From NCBI GenBank assembly GCA_021158735.1, contig JAGGUC010000067.1, forward strand, positions 1 to 32,849: a stretch of 32,849 nt of DNA. The letters are read 5' to 3'. The notes below the pieces were generated by a model, which was given only the letters and a program-made list of their open reading frames with translations, searched no databases and was not told the DNA's origin. A program made the position numbers and the translations under genes. Shown piece by piece: positions 1 through 7,440 of the stretch (positions are counted from its first letter, which is position 1; the number at the start of each line of letters is the position of its first letter). This stretch comes from Desulfurococcales archaeon (GTDB lineage Archaea; Thermoproteota; Thermoprotei_A; Sulfolobales; NBVN01).

Positions 1-904
1 ACACAACGTATACCCGCCTTAACGTACTACACTTCTGCATACACATCCTTATGTAATTCACATAACGACTCCACTCCTCAAGTAGCACCTTCTCTAGCTT
101 TCCAACTCTGACAATAGTTATGGAGATATAGTGCCCACAAACCATAGGCGCACTTATATCAAGTAAGGAGCCAACAATCTCAATAAGCTTCTCAACATCT
201 TCTTCAAGCTTATTTCTATCTACATGACCATTGTATTCCTCTAGAACTCTCTTCAACTCGTGAAGCACTATATGTTTGTATAGCGATACATCGTCAGCTC
301 TATTGATGTACTCTATGAGTTTCCTAAACTCTTCATTCTCCTCGTAGACTTTTCGTACATACTGCATGAACTCCTTCAACACGTTAACATCCCTGCTAGC
401 GTATTCACGTGCTATAGAGATTGAGAGTAGCTGTGCTAGCCTAGAACCGAAGACAGGTTCTAGGTACTGCGAGACTGCGTATGGTGCCGCCATGAGGAGC
501 GTCTTAGCTATTACTTGGTTTAGATTAGTGGTATAGGGTATTCTAACAAGCAATACACCTCTCTCAAGGTCGAGTAGAACTCCTTCCTCACTAGACCACT
601 CTACATCTACATCATACTCAATACCGAGGCCGGGAGCAGCTGACCGCCTAGATACAAGGTTCTTCAGGTACTCCCTAACGTACTCCTTATGCTTACGCTT
701 AACCAAGTGGGAAGCCAGGGGGTAGTAGACCTTAAGCTTTACGTAGCGTATAGCATTCTCAACACTTCTAAACAGCTTCATCAACACCTTGAGGATTAGG
801 TAGATAGCAAAGATAATACCAAGTACTGTAAACAACGACCTTAGAGGCTCAGGTAGCTTATCAAGTATCTCAAGTATCCTAACAATATAGCTCAAGTCTA
901 TCAA
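1..904 (-). CDS. Hypothetical protein with N-terminal transmembrane helix (runs off the left edge; absent from the ORF track)
   Basis: Manual translation from TTG at 904 gives MIDLSYIVRILEILDKLPEPLRSLFTVLGIIFAIYLILKVLMKLF... and stays open for about 300 codons to the window edge. Confidence 0.75.
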   Translation of the reverse strand, partial: MIDLSYIVRILEILDKLPEPLRSLFTVLGIIFAIYLILKVLMKLFRSVENAIRYVKLKVYYPLASHLVKRKHKEYVREYLKNLVSRRSAAPGLGIEYDVDVEWSSEEGVLLDLERGVLLVRIPYTTNLNQVIAKTLLMAAPYAVSQYLEPVFGSRLAQLLSISIAREYASRDVNVLKEFMQYVRKVYEENEEFRKLIEYINRADDVSLYKHIVLHELKRVLEEYNGHVDRNKLEEDVEKLIEIVGSLLDISAPMVCGHYISITIVRVGKLEKVLLEEWSRYVNYIRMCMQKCSTLRRVYVV

Positions 905-967
905 GAAATCATTAACAGCAACGAATTATAAAGGATACCGGTTAATACTCATAACCTCTATACTACG

Positions 968-1076
968 TGGCATATCATACTTCAGTTAATACATGTTTTG
1001 ATAGCACTAATTGAATATCAGTTACATCTGTTTGGCATATCAGCTATATGCCAGCTAAGTTGGTTCTGGCATATGT
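968..1076 (+). repeat. Right-arm repeats (TGGCATAT motif) of the element lying left of the first att
   Basis: TGGCATATCA at 968 and 1033, TGGCATATGT at 1067, inverted ATATGCCA at 1046. Confidence 0.7.
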
Positions 1077-1120
1077 CTGGAGCCCCGTGGTCCGGGGTTC
1101 AAATCCCCGCGGCCCCACCA
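1077..1120 (+). repeat. att site: 3' half of a tRNA gene ending in CCA (acceptor 3' strand CGGCCCC-A; Pro/Trp-like, identity undetermined)
   Basis: CCCCG-TGGTC-CGGGG-TTCAAAT-CCCCG-CGGCCCC-ACCA; no 5' half upstream; 42 bp identical to 7259-7300. Confidence 0.9.
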
Positions 1121-1283
1121 CATCAAATTTATATGAATTCTGATATTGTTCTAATTGGTGGTAGTTGCCTTGTTATATCACTATTTTCAGATTGTTATGT
1201 CAGGTTCTAATGTGTAAGCTGAATTCAAAAGTGAATTCCTTGATTAGGGGTGGTGCTTCTTTGTTGACGTCAGGTTTATTGAT

Positions 1284-1823
1284 TTGAGGAGTATTCCTGA
1301 TGATGTAAGGTATAGGATATTCAACTATCTCTGGAATGTTAGGAGGGTTGGTAGTAGGAATTTAGGTATATCTTCTGCTTTAGCTAACATGGTTAAGAAC
1401 CGGAAGAGGAGAGTTACTGATAGCTTATTGAAGTGCATGTTAGAGCTACTTACACCTGAGGAGTACGCTGAGCTTGTTGAGGAAGTTACTGCTGTTAGAG
1501 TTGATTCTAATACATTTGTTAAGATTCTTGTATCAGCAGTTGCAGATCCTGCGCTAAAGCCTATCTTAGTAGAGTTCGTAAAGAATAGACTCGCGGCGGA
1601 GATGTTAGCTGAAACAACGAGGTACACGGTTACGAAGCAGGACTTGCAGGAGTTTAGGTCTGTTCTTGAGAAGAAGGTACTTGGTGAGATAATTGCGGTA
1701 TTAACAGGTCAGACAGACCTAGCTAAGGTGGAGATGGTTATCAGGCACTACTTTGGTGGATCAATAGAGAAGATGAGGGAATTTTACGATGAAAACGCGC
1801 CCCAAATATTGGAAGAAATCTAA
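1284..1823 (+). pseudogene. Internally deleted tyrosine integrase (pNOB8-type)
   Basis: N-terminal HTH region (LGISSALANMVKNRKRRVTD) resembles the N-terminus of 24929-26212; it is joined directly to a recombinase C-terminus (IAVLTGQ...VIRHY...MREFYD); the catalytic core is missing. Confidence 0.75.
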
Positions 1824-1826
1824 ATA

Positions 1827-1855
1827 AATTTATATCTACTAGATAGATATAAATT
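1827..1855. promoter_or_regulatory. Palindromic operator overlapping a TATA-like box
   Basis: Perfect 12-bp inverted repeat AATTTATATCTA-CTAGA-TAGATATAAATT directly before the 1854 ORF. Confidence 0.6.
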
Positions 1856-2705
1856 GGTGGAAGGGAAAGTGAAGATCTGTTGTGTCGGTGATATACACTA
1901 TCCGTATAGGGTAAGTTTGGAGGAGATAGTCGATAATATAGATGACGCTTGCTTTGATTCCGATATACTCGTTCTTGTAGGTGATATAACGTCTAGTGGT
2001 AACTTAGACTACGTTAGAAAGATGTTAACTAAAATTAAAGAAGCTGTTGACTCTCTCTGTTCTGGTAATTCCGGGTAACCACGACATTTATGTGGATTAT
2101 AGTGAATTATCTAGAGGCATTATCTCATTACTTAAACTGTCCATGTCCAATACTTTAGTTGAAAAGTTAGGCTGTGTAGCTTTAATGAAAGGATCGTTCA
2201 TCTTAAATAGTATAGGTTTTGTAGGTTCGATTGGATGGTATGATTACTCGTTTGCTCCCAATTGGCTCGGGCTTAGCTTAGAGGATTTTAGAGCTAAGTC
2301 TTATAGCTTGCAGGTGTGGGCTGATGAGAATTACATTAAATTGCCTTTCCAGATGAAGAATTCACGTTATATCTAGTTAATAAGTTAGAAGAAGATATCA
2401 GAAGGATCTACGATAAAGTAGATAAAATAGTTGTAGCTTTACACCATTTACCATTTAGAGAATTAGAACACTACAAGCTCAGAGCGGAATGAGACTACTT
2501 CTCGACTTTTATGGGCTCCGAAAGCTTTGGATACATCATTAAGAAGTATAGTGATAAGGTAAGGTTAGTGTTGTTCGGTCATCAACATAATGGTGTAGAG
2601 ACCAAGATATGAAAGGAAGTTAAGGGTGTTAAGTGCTGCAACTGCGCATCCTCGCTGCCACTTGTAGTTAAAAAACCTAAGACTAGATTTATATCTATCA
2701 GATAG
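1854..2705 (+). pseudogene. Calcineurin-like metallophosphoesterase, disrupted
   Basis: Motifs GDIH, GD, GNHD, HH and FGHQH are spread across three reading segments; frameshifts near 2055 and 2350 and two internal TGA stops. Confidence 0.85.
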
Positions 2706-2713
2706 GTATGTAT
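2687..2713. promoter_or_regulatory. Second, imperfect copy of the metallophosphoesterase operator
   Basis: ATTTATATCTA-TCAGA-TAGGTATGTAT: same left half-site and 5-bp spacer as 1827-1855. Confidence 0.5.
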
Positions 2714-2731
2714 CTATGTGGGGATGGGAAA

Positions 2732-3451
2732 ATGAAAATAATGGTTATAAGCGACTTGCATTATGATAAGCGTGTATTTAAAGGAATTGACGGGTCTAGG
2801 GCATGGGAGTGGCTGTTATCAATAGTAGATTATTATGGGCTTGATTATCTGTTAAGCTGTGGAGATTGGGGTACTGGTATTAGCTTCGAGGAATTCTATG
2901 AGTTGCTTGAGAAAACTATTGTCTTGAGTGTCTACGGCAACCACGAGAACATGGATGTTCTAACCAAACTGTACAATGTTAAGACTAGTGAATACCTACC
3001 TGTACTCATGGAAGATGCTAGAATATATGAATTTAGTGAGTTAAGGATAGCAGGTATAAGCGGGGTCATAGCTAAGAAGAGGAAGACGAAGAAGGGAGTT
3101 CCGAGACGAACACCTGGAGAATTCCTAGAAGCTGCCGAGAAGCTAAGGAACAAGAACATAGATGTACTACTCATACATTAGACACTCTACCTCCCAAACC
3201 TGTTCCCGTTCACGGCGCAGGGTTTCCGCTCGTTAACTGCTTTAGAAACCGTAAGAATAATTAAACCAAGACTAGTAATTAACGGGCACATGCATAGTGG
3301 AGGCTATAGGACACATGATTTTCCGTGGAGAACAAAGTATATCTACATAGATTCTTCGCAGAAGGAGAGACATTACCTAATATTAAATACAAATAATATG
3401 GACTTAGAAGTGTGGAGAGACTTCGAAGTAGTTGATGAAGTTGAGGTGTAG
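2732..3451 (+). pseudogene. Calcineurin-like metallophosphoesterase with a single in-frame TAG
   Basis: SDLH, GDWG, GNHE, LLIH, then TAG at 3179-3181; the same frame continues through NGHMH to TAG at 3449-3451. Confidence 0.85.
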
Positions 3452-3480
3452 AAAGCTTTATACCTTATTTAAACATTATA

Positions 3481-3513
3481 TGTTACTGGAGTAACAACTG
3501 TTACAGTTGTTAC
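3481..3513. promoter_or_regulatory. Palindrome built of TGTTAC/GTAACA units, candidate operator
   Basis: GTAACAACTG-TTA-CAGTTGTTAC (3491-3513) is a perfect 10-bp inverted repeat; another TGTTAC at 3481; AT-rich TATA-like sequence at 3457-3480. Confidence 0.55.
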
Positions 3514-3575
3514 CGCCGCGGAGTGGCCCCCACGGTGAGGGAGGGATGAGTCGTGGGCTCTGCCGTGACGCGGCG
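3514..3575. ncRNA. Candidate structured small RNA at the 3' end of the DUF3800-like gene
   Basis: 47 of 62 bases are G+C in AT-rich surroundings; closed by a CGCCGCG/CGCGGCG stem; internal CCCACG/CGTGGG (or CACGG/CCGTG) pairing; strand not determinable. Confidence 0.55.
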
Positions 3576-3582
3576 ACTTTCT

Positions 3583-4044
3583 CTACTTTTCGAATCTCCT
3601 GAGCTCTTCCCTAAACCTCTTAGGATTGTTCTTGAGAAGAATCCTGAAGTAATTAGCTAGATTATCTGTTATAGTTATCAGGTTGTTCATGTACTTAGCC
3701 TTGGGTTCGCTTTCAAGCACCTTAGGTTCGTAGCTTATGTACCTGCTGAGTTTGTTGTCCGCAATTATTAGTGCAGGTCTATAGCGATGTAGAAGGCTTT
3801 CCACAGCATCTATTGATTGGACAACTTGGGCTAAGTCAATCACCTCTCTTAACTTGCTGTACCTCCTAGAGAAGAACCTTAGATAACTAGCTCTCCTACT
3901 AGAAGAAACCCTACGAAAATGTCTTAGCCCAGTACAGAGACGGCCAAACACCCTACTCTTCAAAACGTGCTCTCTCATGCCAACTAGAGCTATTATTCTA
4001 GGACCGTCCTCACTAAGGTCTATAGCTATTATTAAGTTGCTTAA
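3583..4044 (-). CDS. Divergent RNase H-fold protein, DUF3800-like; start codon possibly degenerate
   Basis: The frame extends 22 codons upstream of the tracked ATG, adding LSNLIIAIDLSEDGPRIIALVG; acidic motifs IAID, IIAD and ITDNLANY; RBS GGTGA precedes a TTA codon at 4044. Confidence 0.55.
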   Translation of the reverse strand, partial: LSNLIIAIDLSEDGPRIIALVGMREHVLKSRVFGRLCTGLRHFRRVSSSRRASYLRFFSRRYSKLREVIDLAQVVQSIDAVESLLHRYRPALIIADNKLSRYISYEPKVLESEPKAKYMNNLITITDNLANYFRILLKNNPKRFREELRRFEK

Positions 4045-4066
4045 ATCACATCACCTATAGTTTTTG

Positions 4067-4420
4067 CTATAGCTTTAGGTTCTTAAGCTTGTAGTACTTC
4101 CTATGTAATTTCTTTTCTGCCCATACTTTTGCTGCTTCCACAATTTCTGTTGGTAGTTTTTCTAAATCTACAGGCCTAGATAGCTCTAGTTCACATGTTA
4201 TATTGTGTTTCTCACACTTAAGATAGAGTGATAGTGCAAATGCTAGCTCTAGCCCTCTATCGGGAAACAAGAAATACACATAGTCTTGTGAGTAAGCGAT
4301 TTCACCTTGTAATTTGATGTGCTTCCTCTTCTGATTTCTCCTGAACTTCTTGATGTTATTGAGAATGAATTCTCTTAGGTTTTTATTCTGTACTTTCCTT
4401 GGAATTCTCAGTATTATCAT
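4067..4420 (-). CDS. Small basic hypothetical protein
   Basis: 117-aa Lys/Arg-rich ORF; AGGT RBS-like and TATA-like sequence upstream; co-oriented with the DUF3800-like gene, 22 bp apart. Confidence 0.7.
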   Translation of the reverse strand: MIILRIPRKVQNKNLREFILNNIKKFRRNQKRKHIKLQGEIAYSQDYVYFLFPDRGLELAFALSLYLKCEKHNITCELELSRPVDLEKLPTEIVEAAKVWAEKKLHRKYYKLKNLKL

Positions 4421-4527
4421 AATTCTTACCTGTTTTAATTATGCTGAAGTTAATATATAAATTGATGACTATGGTAGTAGTTGATATTTATTTGTAGATA
4501 TTAGCGTTGTTTTGTTGGGGCAACGGC

Positions 4528-5520
4528 GTGAGGGCTGCGTCGCAACTGCTGGCGCTGTTGATTTCGGAGGCTATAGTTGTTGGGCTAGCTGTTGCTGGGA
4601 GTGGAATTTTAAGTAATATTTTGCTTAGGCAGTCGCCGAGAGGTGGGAGTTTAGTTTTGGCTGGTTTCGAGTGGTGGTGGGAGGAACGTGAAGGTAATGG
4701 TTTTGTTATTTATGTGCGCGGAGTCGTTTCTAACATAGGTGTTGATGAGGTTAATATAACGGGCGTGTGGGTAGCTATTAATGGTGTTAACTATAATTTA
4801 AGATTCACTGCTAATGCTAACTTAAAATCTAACGAGTGGACAGAGGTTTTTGCTAACGGAAAAATAGTTTCTCTACCAAACAATAGTAGACTTACAGTAT
4901 TTGTTAGGTACTGTACAATAAGTAAATGTTCAGTTAGCTTTGTAGGTGCCAATATAAAGAGTTCTAGGTATTTAGTGAGGGAGGTTTACTATACAATTAC
5001 ACTTCCTGGGTACACTACTGTTACTAGAACGAGGACTTACACTGTAACTTATACTTATACAGTTACAAGTAATGTTGGGGAAACTAGTACTGTTATTAGT
5101 ACGCTTACTGAAACTGTAACTAGTGTTGCGACAGCTACGCAAACAAATACAGTTACAGTAACTACAACTGTTATTACTACAGCTACTGCAACTAAACCTG
5201 CGTGGCCTGTTAAGTTTGAAGCATGTTATGATGTTAATAATAACATAAATGTATATGGGGTGCTACAAAAACCTGTGCGCAAGGAGCCTATTCCTTATAT
5301 TGTTAAGTACTTAAGGTGTAACGTGTTTGGGTGCGATGTTCTTGCTGTAAAGGTGTTTGAATGGAAGACTGACCGAACATTCTATAGCAGGTACAGACCC
5401 GTATCAGTCGGTTCTCTGAGTTCTCTAAGAATAGAGATATGGAGTGTTGATTGGTACAGTAGTAAAATTATTCAGAAAATTTATGATCAGACTGTTGACA
5501 CCAGTATTAGATGTGCTTAG
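4528..5520 (+). CDS. Archaeal pilin-like surface protein with class III signal peptide and Thr-rich stalk
   Basis: A GTG start gives MRA/ASQLLALLI followed by a hydrophobic helix ([KR][GA] cleavage pattern); beta-rich domain with NIGVDEVNITGVWV; long T/V-rich linker. Confidence 0.65.
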   Translation: MRAASQLLALLISEAIVVGLAVAGSGILSNILLRQSPRGGSLVLAGFEWWWEEREGNGFVIYVRGVVSNIGVDEVNITGVWVAINGVNYNLRFTANANLKSNEWTEVFANGKIVSLPNNSRLTVFVRYCTISKCSVSFVGANIKSSRYLVREVYYTITLPGYTTVTRTRTYTVTYTYTVTSNVGETSTVISTLTETVTSVATATQTNTVTVTTTVITTATATKPAWPVKFEACYDVNNNINVYGVLQKPVRKEPIPYIVKYLRCNVFGCDVLAVKVFEWKTDRTFYSRYRPVSVGSLSSLRIEIWSVDWYSSKIIQKIYDQTVDTSIRCA

Positions 5521-5547
5521 CAGTATACATTAATAAGTTGAATGCTA

Positions 5548-5953
5548 TTAAGTACATTTTGCGTTTTTGCTTGTTTTAAGCTGTTGTTGCAGTGCCTGTT
5601 GTAGGTGTTGTATAAATAGCTGTAGCTGTATTTCTCTCTGCAATCCTTCTCTAAATGGGGAATGTTTGAATGATATCATGCATTTGTTGCTGTTAGTTAC
5701 GTGTATTAATACGTGCGGGTGCTGTATTGTGTATGCGTCTCGCAACTCTATACCGTACTTTTTAAGTACATGTTCTAGTTTTTGTACCGCCTCTAGCGTT
5801 AGGCATACTTTATGCCCTGCTTTTATTAGTTGCACTATTTTGTGCTATTTTGTGCGCGAACTCATTGTCGTTTTGTATCTTAAATATTTTCTTCATTTCG
5901 TCATAGAGATCTTCCGTTTGTGCTTGTGCGCGTTTAACTGGCATAGCTCCCAT
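5548..5953 (-). pseudogene. Hypothetical protein frameshifted by a 10-bp tandem duplication
   Basis: CTATTTTGTG is repeated at 5835 and 5845; removing one copy joins MGAMPVKRAQ...EFAHKI to VQLIKAGHK... Confidence 0.6.
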
Positions 5954-6086
5954 TTTATTGCTTACTACGTTTAAAAAAGGTGTGAGTAGCTGTGTGCAAG
6001 TAGTTTTGCGGTATTTAATTATTTATTTGTTTTTTACCGTTGTCTTCTGAGCTGTCATAATAATTAAAAAATGCGGGGCTGGGAGG

Positions 6087-6638
6087 ATGCATGTTCAAAG
6101 AAGTACAGCAAAATCCGTTTATAAAATTAAGCGTGTTAGTTATGATGCTAGCTCTTCTAGTTCTGGTAATGGTGCTTCTGTATATTATAGTATATATAAT
6201 ATGACATGGTTGAGGGGTGGGCGCTGGTGGCTGTTTCCTGATGAGGTTGTTTCGGGTTCTAGGTTTGTCGAATCTGTTGGTGGTGATGTTTATTGGTTGA
6301 TGAGGCGTTTTGTTGATAGGGGGTTTAATGTTGATGTTCTTGGTGTTGATGCTACTGCGGGGTACGGTAAGAGTCTTGCTGCGGTTAAGCTTTGTGTTGA
6401 TCTTAGCTATGATGGTTGGCTCATTATTATCGCTTTCCATAGTCACGAGCTTGGTCGTAAATTGTTTGAGTATGTTCTTCGCTATGCGTTTATTCGTGAG
6501 CACTTGGTTGGTAAGAACTGGATTGGTAAGGTTCTTGCTCGGGGTTCTCTTGTTCTTCCTCGTGTGATCTATGTTGGTGGTATGGAGCGTTACTGCCCGC
6601 TGATGTGGTTGCTGGCAACTACATTAATATGTCGTTAA
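6087..6638 (+). pseudogene. Truncated SF2-like helicase/ATPase (virus/plasmid type)
   Basis: Walker A ATAGYGKS, motif Ia-like IIIAFHSHEL and GMERYCP; ends before any Walker B. Confidence 0.5.
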
Positions 6639-6762
6639 TTAACGCTATAGTTAATAATATAAACGATGTTGCGCTGGGTGGTACGCTCAGTAGCGATTTT
6701 GTTTATGTTGCTATAGTGTTTATTGTGCTGTTTTGCAGTTCAGTGTTTTGTATTCCGTACCT

Positions 6763-6851
6763 AATCCGAAAGAAATTTCGGATTTCAGAATCCGACCATA
6801 AGCTCAAGCAAATTCGCGCATGAGGGCAGCCAAGGTCGGATTCCGCCCTCA
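6763..6851. repeat. Cluster of inverted repeats sharing AATCCGA
   Basis: AATCCGAAA-GAAA-TTTCGGATT (6763-6784); GAATCCGACC (6788) / GGTCGGATTC (6834); TGAGGGC (6821) / GCCCTCA (6845). Confidence 0.6.
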
Positions 6852-6894
6852 ATTCGAAAAGAAAAGTAACGGGATGAATTAAAGTCTTAAGTTT

Positions 6895-6923
6895 TTGGCA
6901 CAAACTTAAATAAGTTGTGCCAA
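6895..6923. promoter_or_regulatory. Operator flanking the TATA box of the AbrB-like gene
   Basis: TTGGCACAA-ACTTAAATAAG-TTGTGCCAA: 9-bp inverted repeat around TTAAATA. Confidence 0.6.
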
Positions 6924-6973
6924 GCCTTTTCTCAATTTTAAAGAATTTGTTTCCTCTTTTGCTGAGTGATAGT

Positions 6974-7150
6974 ATGAGTCTCGTAGAGTTACTGAAGTCA
7001 CGTAAGCTATTACCCCTAGGTCAGCGTAGAATTTCCAGGCTTGGTAATGATAGGTACATTGTTTACTTACCAGCGGAATTAAATGATTTATGGAAAGAAT
7101 TGAATGAGACTAGAGCTAAGGTTAAGGTATACATAGAGCTGGAAGCATAG
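6974..7150 (+). CDS. Small AbrB/SpoVT-like DNA-binding protein
   Basis: 58 aa from ATG 6974 after a GAGTGA RBS; RRISRLGNDRYIVYLPAEL resembles a swapped-hairpin motif. Confidence 0.55.
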   Translation: MSLVELLKSRKLLPLGQRRISRLGNDRYIVYLPAELNDLWKELNETRAKVKVYIELEA

Positions 7151-7151
7151 T

Positions 7152-7258
7152 TGTTATATCACCCATGAGTTAATAGTGTATTTGAATTCAGCTATGAATT
7201 CGTATTTGCTACCATGTTATATCAATTATATCACAGTTACGTAGCTTCTGTTATATCA
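7152..7258 (+). repeat. Right-arm repeats (TGTTATATCA) of the 6.2-kb element
   Basis: TGTTATATCA at 7152, 7215 and 7249; TGAATTCA-GCTA-TGAATTC at 7183. Confidence 0.75.
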
Positions 7259-7300
7259 CTGGAGCCCCGTGGTCCGGGGTTCAAATCCCCGCGGCCCCAC
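7259..7300 (+). repeat. att site: second copy of the tRNA 3' half
   Basis: Identical to 1077-1118; no 5' half upstream. Confidence 0.9.
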
Positions 7301-7440
7301 TAAATAAACTAATACAAGTTCTGACATGATTCTACTCGGTGGCAGTCACCTTGTTATTTCACCATTTTTCAGACTGTTATATCAAGTTCTAAGCTATGAA
7401 CTGAGTTCAGCTTTGAATTCATTATTCAAAGTGATGGTTA

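Larger units (their letters stand above)
1077..7300 (+). mobile_element. Degenerate tRNA-integrated element (~6.2 kb), pNOB8-type integrase family
   Basis: Bounded by 42-bp direct repeats of a tRNA 3' half; integrase remnant just inside the left end; the same arm motif TGTTATATCA at both ends. Confidence 0.85.

Noticed and set aside
1077-1120. Functional trans-spliced split-tRNA half
   Set aside because: No GC-rich pairing leader is evident, the two copies have different upstream sequence, and both are followed by integrase remnants, so att sites are the simpler explanation
998-1210. 70-aa ORF spanning att1 as an SSV1-type split integrase N-fragment
   Set aside because: It reads through the arm repeats and tRNA fragment with no integrase similarity; the integrase starts wholly downstream, in pNOB8-type layout
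3514-3580. H/ACA pseudouridylation guide RNA
   Set aside because: The K-loop-like motif is on the + strand but no ACA follows the stem there; ACA appears only on the opposite strand
5020-5200. ACT/GTT-rich repeats as a DNA repeat array
   Set aside because: Explained by the Thr/Val-rich protein linker
5567-6503. Cys-rich ORF 5567-5974 (+) and Asn/Thr-rich ORF 6015-6503 (-)
   Set aside because: Antisense shadows of compositionally skewed genes on the opposite strand
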